IMG/VR virus record: IMGVR_UViG_3300020469_000149
Location: 1 to 33,080 of that record
Reading direction: 5' to 3' (one strand)
DNA: 33,080 nucleotides
DNA from: a virus
Taxonomy: Duplodnaviria > Caudoviricetes
Shown: positions 1 through 8,600 of the stretch, one piece after another
How the letters are laid out: each line of letters starts with the position of its first letter
Position numbering within the stretch: the stretch's first letter is position 1
Program-made: the position numbers and the translations under genes
The notes under the pieces: generated by a model
Databases searched by the model: none
Told to the model about the DNA's origin: nothing
The model's input: only the letters and a program-made list of their open reading frames with translations

Positions 1-9
1 GAGGGTTTC

Positions 10-81
10 CTAGCTACCGCTAGGCCGCGGACCTCGAGCCGGTTACGGGCAGCTCGAGGGCCACGGTCCAGGGGCGGCTAG
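10..81 (-). other. long imperfect intergenic hairpin (possible RNA processing/regulatory stem)
   Basis: CTAGC(10-14)/GCTAG(77-81), CCGCGG(25-30)/CCACGG(61-66), CCTCGAGC(32-39)/GCTCGAGG(52-59); the C-A mismatch becomes G.U on the minus strand, the coding strand here. Confidence 0.55.
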
Positions 82-281
82 TCCTCGAGGACTCGCACGC
101 CCTCAAGCTTCCATTGGTGCGCGGCGTTTAGCTCCGCGGCGCGTCTCATCGCGTAGCGGGCTGAACGTGTGCGGGCATAGACGCGGGCCGTCTCGATGTG
201 TCGCACGGTGTAGCCGCCTAAGCTCGTGCGGAACACTTCGTACGGCTCGAGGTCGAGGGGCGACAGTTCGCGCGCGGTCAC
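78..281 (-). CDS. hypothetical phage protein, 67 aa (MTARELSPLDLEPYEVFRTSLGGYTVRHIETARVY...)
   Basis: C-terminal part of ORF 78..800; the GTG at 281 overlaps the upstream stop (GTGA coupling); the upstream part of the long ORF runs through repeats. Confidence 0.6.
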   Translation of the reverse strand: MTARELSPLDLEPYEVFRTSLGGYTVRHIETARVYARTRSARYAMRRAAELNAAHQWKLEGVRVLED

Positions 282-358
282 AGTGCACCAACTAGGGCAA
301 GGATCGGCGGGCCTAGCAGTAGGGCCACAGTCACGGCGGCGGCGATAGTTTCGGTCAT
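278..358 (-). CDS. 26-aa single-TM hydrophobic peptide (MTETIAAAVTVALLLGPPILALVGAL)
   Basis: ATG preceded by TAGGAG RBS; stop overlaps next start; read by hand, below ORF-track cutoff. Confidence 0.55.
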   Translation of the reverse strand: MTETIAAAVTVALLLGPPILALVGAL

Positions 359-372
359 GCTTCCATCTCCTA

Positions 373-453
373 AGGGGTGAACCCTCGCGCGGTTGCGGGG
401 TTACTGCTGCGAATAGTAAAGGCCTCGACCTCGAGGGCGCAAGCGACACCCCT
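373..453 (-). other. long imperfect hairpin in the 5' leader of the leftward genes
   Basis: AGGGGTG(373-379)/CACCCCT(447-453), inner CCCTCG/CGAGGG and TTACT/AGTAA. Confidence 0.5.
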
Positions 454-463
454 ACATTGTGGG

Positions 464-481
464 TAGTTGATCGCTCAACTA
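464..481. promoter_or_regulatory. operator-like inverted repeat
   Basis: TAGTTGA-tcgc-TCAACTA perfect 7-bp inverted repeat just upstream of the leftward leader. Confidence 0.4.
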
Positions 482-491
482 TCTTGCACGG

Positions 492-717
492 CTCGAGCTC
501 GGCACTAGGGCCGGCGATAGGTCGCGGCAGCTGCTCGAGCTCCTGGGCCGTTTCCTCGAGCTCGGCGGCTTGACGTCTTCGAGGCTCGGAGCTGTCGAGC
601 TCCGGAGCTGTACCCCGTCCGACGTCGGTGCTTCCTCGAGCTCCGCGGCGTCCACTAGCTCGGCGCGGTTGTCTGTCCCCGTTCCTGCACTCAATCGGTC
701 GAGGGCCGCGACTCGAG
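492..717. repeat. cluster of CTCGAG(CTC) palindromic repeats
   Basis: CTCGAGCTC at 492, 534, 555, 635; TCGAGCTC at about 595; CTCGAG at 712. Confidence 0.75.
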
Positions 718-750
718 CCCGTTTTGCAGCTGGTAGGCGGGCAGGCTTGC

Positions 751-782
751 AGGGGTGCGGGGGTCGCGTAGGGGTGCGGGGG
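751..782 (+). repeat. 13-bp direct repeat AGGGGTGCGGGGG x2 forming a G-quadruplex consensus
   Basis: G4-TGC-G5-TCGCGTA-G4-TGC-G5. Confidence 0.6.
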
Positions 783-1101
783 ATAGCGGAGGAAGTCCAC
801 GGCGGGCGGCGAGCTCCCAGCGGGCGCGCGATCGCGTGCGTGCGCTCGACCCGACCCCTTTTTGCGCCCGCGCCCACCTATGTCACGTGATGTTGTTTTA
901 TTTCTAGGTTAGTTAGGGTTGGTCAACTGCGGTTTTGTAGGAGTGTTTGTCTCTTTTTGGTAACGATATGACTTTGATGTTGCCGGATTGGGTGTTTTGG
1001 CAAGGTACTAAGTATGGGGGGCTTTAAACCTGAGCGAGCCCTTGCGAGCGAAGGTTGGGGGGTCAACGTCGGCTCGTAGCGGCCTCCGTTGCCCTATTGG
1101 T

Positions 1102-1130
1102 GGCGGCCCTATCGGGCCGCCTTTTGTTTT
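1102..1130 (+). terminator. intrinsic terminator upstream of terminase
   Basis: GGCGGCCC-TATC-GGGCCGCC followed by TTTTGTTTT. Confidence 0.7.
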
Positions 1131-1232
1131 CGGTCGTCAGCTTCTCTGACTCCCTCATAAGAGTTCCCTTCATCGTCCCTACTGGTTCTTTTTTGGATGG
1201 GATAGCTGTGCCCTACGGGTTTGGGAGTGTTT

Positions 1233-3122
1233 TTGGCTACGCAACGCAAGGTGAAAGTTAAGCCTCGGGGCACGCACGCTGACTTGGTTCCGTTGAAGGC
1301 TCGCGTTTTGACGTTGATTGGTCAGGGCGAGACTGTGGCGAACGCGATGTTGAGCGTTGACCGTAGCTTGAAAACGTGGGAGGCGTGGAAGCGGAACGAT
1401 CCTGAGTTTCGGGCGTCGGTGGAGCGTGTGCGTGGTGCTCGAGCGAGTGGCTCTGGTGAGGATTTCCCGTCGTTCGCTGATTTCAGTAGGGAGTACCTGG
1501 ATGCTCCGGTGTTCCCCCATATGCAGAACGTGGTGGACTTGATTGACGGGAATGACCCGTCGTGGGTTCACCCGTCGATGGTGTGGGAGCGGAATGAGCC
1601 GGATCTGGTGATCTGCAACATGCCCCCTGAGCATGGCAAGTCTACGACGTTGACCGTGAACTTTGTGGTTTACCGGATTTGTAAAGACCCGAACGTGCGC
1701 ATCTTGATTATCAGTAAGACGCAGGCTATGGCGAGCAAGTTTTTGCTGGCTGTGAAGTCGCGTTTGACGCATCAGTCGTACTCGAAGCTGCAAATGCGTT
1801 TCGCCCCTACGGGGGGTTTCGCTAATAACTCGGCGTCGTGGACTCAGAACATGATTTACGTTTCGAGTGACGCGCGCGATATGGAGGGCAAAGACCCCAC
1901 TGTCGCTTCTCTGGGAGTTCGAGGGCACGTGTACGGTTCGCGCGCTGATCTGGTGATCCTTGATGACTGCGTGGATGGTACGAACGCGCACGAGTATGAG
2001 AAGCAGATTGACTGGATTCAGTCTGAGGTTTCGTCTCGTATTACGTCGAGTGGTTGTCTCTTGGTGGTGGGTACTCGGCTGGCTGGGCAGGACTTGTATG
2101 CGGCGTTGCGTGAACCGTCGAGGTATCCGGAGGAAACATCCCCGTGGTCGTACTTGGCGATGCCTGCGGTGTTGGAGTACGCCGATGAGCCTGTGGATTG
2201 GGTGACGTTGTGGCCTGCGACGCATGAGCCTGAACCTGGCGCGCGTGGCGATATGGCTGTTCCTCGTGATGATGGTTTGTTCCCGAAGTGGGATGGGCCG
2301 CGGTTGAGGAAGAAGCGTTCCCGTATTCAGCCGCGCACGTGGGCGATGGTGTATCAGCAGGAGCAAGTGAACTCGGCGGCTGTTTTCTCTCCGGAGATGC
2401 TCGCTGCGGCGGTGAACGGGTCGAGGTTTACGGGTTTGCTTCCGAAGCGGGTGAACGCTGTCCGTGAGGGTCGCGGTAGTGACGGGCTGATTCACGTTCT
2501 GGGCGTGGACCCTGCGACTTCTGGTTACACCGCTGGTGTCGTTATTGGCATGGATGTGCAGACGCAGAAGCGGTATGTCGTTGATGTTTTCAATAAGGCT
2601 GGGATCACTCCGGATCAGATGCGGGAGATGATTACTGGCTTCATAGATCAGTACAATCTCGCGGAAGCTCGTATTGAGCGTAACGGCTTCCAGGGTTTCC
2701 TCGTTCACGATACGGAGTTGAACCGTTACGCGGCCTCGAGGGGTTGCGTTATCCAGCCGCATTTCACTGGATCGAATAAGCATGACGCGGATTTCGGTGT
2801 GGCGTCGATGACGAGCTTGTTTTCGGGCTGGGAGGACGGTAACTGCCTATTGGAGTTCCCCTCGAGTGTGGGGAGCGAGGCGGTGAAGGCGTTAATGGAG
2901 CAGTTGGCGGTGTGGGCTCCTGACGCTCCGAAGAGTCAAAAAACGGACACTGTTATGGCGTTGTGGTTCGCGGAGCTGGCGTGCCGTGACCGCGTGGTTC
3001 ACACGATTGGTCGGTCGCACATGAATAACGTTTTTTCTACGCCGTGGGATTTGCGCCAGCAGCGCACTGTTTCTTTGCTTGACGCTCAAGCGCATCATCT
3101 ATGGAAGCCGGTAGGAGCGTAA
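1233..3122 (+). CDS. terL: terminase large subunit with N-terminal HTH-like extension
   Basis: Walker A NMPPEHGKST, Walker B LVILDD, VVGTR motif, RNase H-like nuclease LGVDPA...DTVMALW; directly upstream of portal; start TTG 1233 after GGGAG (ORF open from 1221). Confidence 0.93.
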   Translation: MATQRKVKVKPRGTHADLVPLKARVLTLIGQGETVANAMLSVDRSLKTWEAWKRNDPEFRASVERVRGARASGSGEDFPSFADFSREYLDAPVFPHMQNVVDLIDGNDPSWVHPSMVWERNEPDLVICNMPPEHGKSTTLTVNFVVYRICKDPNVRILIISKTQAMASKFLLAVKSRLTHQSYSKLQMRFAPTGGFANNSASWTQNMIYVSSDARDMEGKDPTVASLGVRGHVYGSRADLVILDDCVDGTNAHEYEKQIDWIQSEVSSRITSSGCLLVVGTRLAGQDLYAALREPSRYPEETSPWSYLAMPAVLEYADEPVDWVTLWPATHEPEPGARGDMAVPRDDGLFPKWDGPRLRKKRSRIQPRTWAMVYQQEQVNSAAVFSPEMLAAAVNGSRFTGLLPKRVNAVREGRGSDGLIHVLGVDPATSGYTAGVVIGMDVQTQKRYVVDVFNKAGITPDQMREMITGFIDQYNLAEARIERNGFQGFLVHDTELNRYAASRGCVIQPHFTGSNKHDADFGVASMTSLFSGWEDGNCLLEFPSSVGSEAVKALMEQLAVWAPDAPKSQKTDTVMALWFAELACRDRVVHTIGRSHMNNVFSTPWDLRQQRTVSLLDAQAHHLWKPVGA

Positions 3123-4943
3123 ATGGATTACGAGAAGGATCTGCGGAAGCGATACGAGGCGGCTAAGACTCGTTTTGCGAATCGTGACGCCCGCATGAGC
3201 ATGATCCGGATGGTTCGTCAGGGGCGCATGAACGAGGTCTACCCCGATATGTTCCCGACCGGCCCGTTGTCTACGGGGATCGTGGCAAACATGATTGACG
3301 TTGCGGCGCATGACTTGTCTGAGGTGCTCGCTCCCATGCCGACGTTTAACTGCGCGTCGAGCAAGTCGGTGTCGGACACGGCTCGGAAGTTCGCTGAGAA
3401 GCGGTCACTGATTGTGCGCGGGTACGTTGAGCACTCGGACTTGTCGCGTCAGATGTATCAGGCTGCGCAGGCGTATTTCAGTTACGGCAGCGTCCCTAGC
3501 ATTGTGGAGATTGACGCGGAATCGCAGTTACCGCGGATCACGTTCATGGAACCGCTGGGGGCCTACCCCGTGTTTGATCGTTGGGGTCACTGCATCGAGG
3601 CGTACTTCACTTTGCAGATGACGAAGGCTGACCTCATGGCGCAGTATCCGGAAACCGCGCAGGTTTTCCGGAAGCCTGGTTACAGCTCGTACCAGCGTGA
3701 CGAGATGAACCTCCCATGCACGGTGGTTCGTTATCACAGCGCGAGTAGGAACGTGCTGTTCCTTCCGGACTATGAGGGTTTCGTTCTCGAAATGGGAGCG
3801 AACCCTACGGGTGAGTGTCTCGTTGAGTGGACGATGCGGCCTAGCCTTGATGGGGAGCCTCGCGGCCAGTTTGATGATGTGATCGGCGTGCAGGTTGCTA
3901 AGTCCCGCATGGCGATGCTCGCTCTCGAGGCGGCACAGAAGTCTGTGCAAGCCCCACTCGTGTTGCCGCCTGACGCTCAGGAGCTCGCGTTGGGGCCGGA
4001 TGCTGTGCTGCGTACCTCTAACGCGGCAGCTGTACGCAGGATTCCTCTTGAGGTTCCGTCGAGTGCTTTCGCGGAACAAGGGATGCTTGATGGTGAGCTG
4101 CGCGCTGGCTCCCGTTATCCGGAGGCCCGAACGGGCAACGTTGACGGATCTATCGTCACGGGCCGTGGTGTGCAAGCCCTGATGGGTGGCTTTGACTCGC
4201 AGATCCGCACGGGTCAAGCGATGTTTTCTCGCACGTTTGAGAACTTGATCGCTAAGTCGTTGCGCCTGGACGAGAATCTGTGGCCCAACATCGAACGCAC
4301 CATGCGCGGAAATAATGATGGAACCCCGTACGAGATTAAGTACAAGCCCGCGAAAGATATTAAAGGCGATTACACGGTTGATGTTGAGTACGGGCTGCTC
4401 GCGGGGCTTGACCCGAATCGTGCTCTCGTATTCGGCCTGCAAGCACGCGGCGACAAGCTGATTTCTCGTGACTTCCTGCGTCGGCAGATGCCGTTCTCCC
4501 TGGACGCGACTGAGGAGGAGCAGATCGTTGATATCGAGGAGATGCGGGACGCCCTCAAGAACGCTGTCGCTGGGTACGCGCAATCCATTCCCGCGCTTGC
4601 GCAGCAAGGTCAAGACCCAGGAACCGTATTGAGCGTTGTCGCGGAGATTATTGAAGGTAGGGAGCGCGGCAAACCCATCGAGGAAGTCGTGAGGGAAGCT
4701 TTCGAGCCTGAGGAACCATCACCGGAAGAGCAAGCGATGATGGAGGCGCAGGCTGCTGGCGGTGCTGCCGGTCCTCTTGGTGGTGACGGGCTGAACCCTG
4801 ACGGGACGATGCGCGGTGTCGCGCCTGGTCAGCAAGGTATGGGGCCAGGGGGCCGCCCAGACTTGAACGTCCTACTCGCCTCGCTTGGTAGCAGGGGTGA
4901 ACCCAACTTGACGGCGGGTGTTTCCCGTCGGATTCCGGCTTAG
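3123..4943 (+). CDS. portal protein
   Basis: 606 aa immediately after terminase; helical, podovirus-portal size, G/P/Q-rich low-complexity C-terminus. Confidence 0.85.
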   Translation: MDYEKDLRKRYEAAKTRFANRDARMSMIRMVRQGRMNEVYPDMFPTGPLSTGIVANMIDVAAHDLSEVLAPMPTFNCASSKSVSDTARKFAEKRSLIVRGYVEHSDLSRQMYQAAQAYFSYGSVPSIVEIDAESQLPRITFMEPLGAYPVFDRWGHCIEAYFTLQMTKADLMAQYPETAQVFRKPGYSSYQRDEMNLPCTVVRYHSASRNVLFLPDYEGFVLEMGANPTGECLVEWTMRPSLDGEPRGQFDDVIGVQVAKSRMAMLALEAAQKSVQAPLVLPPDAQELALGPDAVLRTSNAAAVRRIPLEVPSSAFAEQGMLDGELRAGSRYPEARTGNVDGSIVTGRGVQALMGGFDSQIRTGQAMFSRTFENLIAKSLRLDENLWPNIERTMRGNNDGTPYEIKYKPAKDIKGDYTVDVEYGLLAGLDPNRALVFGLQARGDKLISRDFLRRQMPFSLDATEEEQIVDIEEMRDALKNAVAGYAQSIPALAQQGQDPGTVLSVVAEIIEGRERGKPIEEVVREAFEPEEPSPEEQAMMEAQAAGGAAGPLGGDGLNPDGTMRGVAPGQQGMGPGGRPDLNVLLASLGSRGEPNLTAGVSRRIPA

Positions 4944-4951
4944 GAGGGCGC

Positions 4952-5221
4952 ATGGCTAGAGAAATCATCGCTGGCATCCGTATGGGCGACTGGATTGCCG
5001 TTTCGATGGTCGCCTCGAACGCCAGCTACAACCCTGATATTGCCGACGACTTAGCTCGGCGCACAACTTTCATGTTTACCGAAGCGTTGAACACGATGGA
5101 TGAGTTTGACCTGATTGACCATTCACCTTTGGAAGATGAAGAGGGTGAAGAGGTCAAGGAACTAGACCCCCGCATAGTCCGATTTATTCAAGATGGGTGG
5201 GAGGGGAATCCGGATGCCTAG
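4952..5221 (+). CDS. hypothetical acidic protein, 89 aa
   Basis: GGAGG RBS, tight packing after portal. Confidence 0.75.
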   Translation: MAREIIAGIRMGDWIAVSMVASNASYNPDIADDLARRTTFMFTEALNTMDEFDLIDHSPLEDEEGEEVKELDPRIVRFIQDGWEGNPDA

Positions 5222-5645
5222 AGGTGGTTATCAAAAGCCAGCCAAACCCGCACCCGTGTCAGCCCCAGGCCGCTTATCACGCAGGACTGACGGTGGACCG
5301 GCGCAGATGACGCAGGAGATGACGGGACTGCCCTACGGGGAAAACGCCGACTACAACGAGATCCAGTCAAGCGCGCCACTACGAGCGACCCCAGGGGCGA
5401 GCGATATGCCACAAGCGAATCGCGGTTCCTCTGGGGCCGCTCGGAAGCCACCCACTCCCCTGTTTTCTCAAACGGAACGCCCTAACGAGCCGGTCACTGC
5501 TGGTTTGCCGTTTGGCCCAGGTGACGGCCCGACTCGCTCGACCAGGGGTTTTAAGCAATCTGATTCTTTCATGATGCTTGCGGATTCTCTTGGTGATGAG
5601 CGCATGTACAAGCTCGCACAGATGTTGCAAATCAGAGGGATGTAA
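5214..5645 (+). CDS. hypothetical Pro/Gly-rich virion-associated protein, 143 aa
   Basis: ATG 5214 after GGAGGGG; stop overlaps next ATG (TAATG). Confidence 0.75.
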   Translation: MPRGGYQKPAKPAPVSAPGRLSRRTDGGPAQMTQEMTGLPYGENADYNEIQSSAPLRATPGASDMPQANRGSSGAARKPPTPLFSQTERPNEPVTAGLPFGPGDGPTRSTRGFKQSDSFMMLADSLGDERMYKLAQMLQIRGM

Positions 5646-8600
5646 TGGCGACTGCTGATCGCATGGAGCGCGATATTCAGCGTCAACGGGAACAGCGGAA
5701 TGAACCTAACTCGCGTAACCCTTGGCCTGATATTGACGAGTACCTGAAAGCCACGGGCACGACGAACCTCGTGCCTAATCAGGATTTCCGCACCGATGAT
5801 CCGGTCGAGTTTCGTGAGCAAGACATTACTGACACTCGCCGCGAGATTAAGGGTGCGCAGCGGCGCATGGCTACGGGCGAATATGAGGGCATAGCCGCAT
5901 CTAACGCTTTCGCTACGACTAACGTTCCTGTCTCGACGTTCGTGCCAACGAGCCAGTCGAGCTTGTATGAGGCGAAGCTAGAGCTGCTCGAGCGGGAGCA
6001 AAACAGTCTCGGTAAGCCGGTGTACGGGCGTAGCAGATTGAGCCTTGGCGACACTGACCACTCCAATCAGGTGATGTTGGCTGCTGCGTTGGCCCGAAAG
6101 CACGGAGCCCCAATCGCGGCAAAAGACGTTGAGAATCTGATTAATTGGGAGCGCGTCAACCTTGCGGCTGACCGGATCGTCAAGCTGAACCTGGCTGACA
6201 AGCCGATTGCAGCTGACAACGTAGCCAGGACGTTCGCGGCAGACTTCTTTACGGGCGACCCTGAGGTTGACGTTGAGCTCGCCGCGCTATTCCAGGCCGC
6301 TGTCCAGATAAAGGTTGAGGACGACGGTATTGCAAAGCAGTTGATGGATGCGGCGGTTGACCCGACCATCATTAACACTTTCGCTGAGAGCGTCGGTGCT
6401 CGTCTAGTTCCAATATTGCAGAAGTACCTCGATAACGTCACTAACCCCATCCAGCAAACGGTTCGCGCTGTCGCGTTAACGGGCCGCGAGGTTTTTGGGA
6501 CTGATGATTTGGCTGTCGGGGATGGAAGCATCGTCGGAAACAGGCCGCTGGTTACTGAAACAAAATACAACGAAACGTACCTCGAGGATCTTGTAGCGAA
6601 AACTGACTTTACGGCTTACGAGGTTGATATCGCACGAACCCTGCACCAATCCTACGTGCGCAGGGACGGATCGGGTGAAGAAGTTATCCGCGACTTGTAC
6701 GAGAAGTACGGCGATGATGTTGAGTCGCGCATCATTCTCTCGAACATTGTCGAGAGTGCGTCGGGTGATCCTCGCTACTCGCAGCTCATGGCTCAAGTGG
6801 TTAGTGCATGGATGGGTAACACGGGACGGTTCCTTAACCCGTTCGGCCCCTCCCCCGCTACTAGCGAATATGCGGAAATAAACGACTCGAAACTTCTAGC
6901 TCAATCGTCTGCCGTTCTTGGCTTCCTTAGTGAAATCATTATTGACCCGCTGATCCTTGGGACTCCCCCACTGCGGGCTATCACTGCTACGCGCTACGCG
7001 CTTGCGAAACTAGCTCCTGGCGCGAAAGGCGGTGTCGGCTCGCTGGCGTTGAAGAGCCGCGCTTGGCATCCGACGAATAAGACGCAACGCGCTTTTCAGG
7101 CACTTGTTGATGACTTGAATCGTGTCGGTGACTTGCGTGCGAGCGGTGACACTGCCGGTGTAGCGGAAGCTCGCAGGCGACTGGCTCGACAGCACGGCGT
7201 TTATTGGAGCGACGAGATTATCGAGGCGGTAGCTCGGGAGGCTCCGCGCACGGATGGTCGGCTCACGGTCGAGGGTCTTGTCGAGTTCGCTGACAACATG
7301 AACGACGACTACCTAGACACGGTTCAGCACTACCTTAATGAAGCTGATGCTGCTGGCGTTACTGCTGCTGAGATACCTCAAATACTCGAACTTGTTTTGG
7401 ATGATCTTGGCGTGGAGTCGTTCGATCAGGCGATTGCCCGCACGAACAAGGCTAGTTTTCGAGCTTCTCGCAGGCCGCAAGCACCGAAGAGGACTCTTCT
7501 CGCGGATCTGCGAGCGAAAGTCGCTAACGCTGTTGGCGTGCGGTTTCTTCCAGTATCGAAGCAGGCGCAGATACTTGCCAAGTACGCCGACACATCTGAC
7601 CCCATACAGTTTTCTAAAGACCTGGCAGAGAACGGTATCGCTCTCGGTGATGACGTTCGGGTGTACAAGTCAGAAGGACTCGGTGGTGACGCCGCGGCAG
7701 TTACCGACTCGTCGGTAGCTGCGCAGGCTGATGAACTAACCCGAAACTTGATTCCATTTTCAGGCACTAACGTTGGCCGACCTTCCGCGGTGTGGGACAA
7801 CCTGGGGCGGGCTGCGAGCCGCATCGACACGAACCGCAAGTTCAACCTGAACAACGTTAATGATGCTGGCGCGATGTACAACTACGCGCGGCAGTTTCTT
7901 CCGCGCCACATGGCCGCACAAATCCGTAACGCCTGGGCGCAAGGCAACGTCGGTTCTCGACGCTTGCTAATGATCGGTCTTGTTCAGGCGGCTGGTCGCT
8001 CCCGTGGACTCCCCATAACTCGTCTTGAATCAACCAACATCGTGGACGGTCTTGCTGGTGCTGCCGGAAAGGGGCGGGCAGGTAAGGACGCTTACGGTAT
8101 TGAGATTTCGGGTGGCGAGGGGCTGCCCTCCGCGAAGCTGTTTGTTGCCGACCAGGAGCGTGCAGCTCGAGAAGCCGCTGCGCGAGCTGCTGCTACTCGA
8201 CAGCCAACCCCTGAGGATGACACGCTTCCCGTTGGGCAGCCGCTTTCTCGCTCAAAGGACGAACAGGCTCAAATTGATGAGGCATTTGACACGGTAACCG
8301 TCACCGTCAAGCCACCTACAAGATCCGACGCGGAGGATGACGCTATCCGCGACGTTGGTGGCGAGGAAGTCCTCATGGATGCGAGTCACCCGCAGCATGA
8401 GGCCGCGTGGGAGGAAATGACTCGAGCTGTCGAGGCGTGGCGGGCCGTAATGCTGATGGACGACGATCAAGTTGAGAAGATCCTTGACCACTACTTTGGA
8501 GTGCTGGACGATTCCGTTGATGACTCGTACCTAACGTGGTACGACCAACCGACGCTCGTTGGTGACGTTTACACCATCGAACCCAGCCTGCCTTCGGAGA

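Noticed and set aside
492-717. CRISPR array
   Set aside because: Repeats are only 6-9 bp and irregularly spaced; the Cas4-like gene is a solo phage exonuclease far away.
359-890. ORFs 78..800 (upstream part), 479..877 and 570..890
   Set aside because: Run through palindromic repeats, low complexity, no RBS.
1179-2783. 534-aa antisense ORF (also 3528-4613, 15686-16444, 31714-32751)
   Set aside because: Shadows of real + strand genes; Arg/His/Pro-rich, no motifs or RBS.
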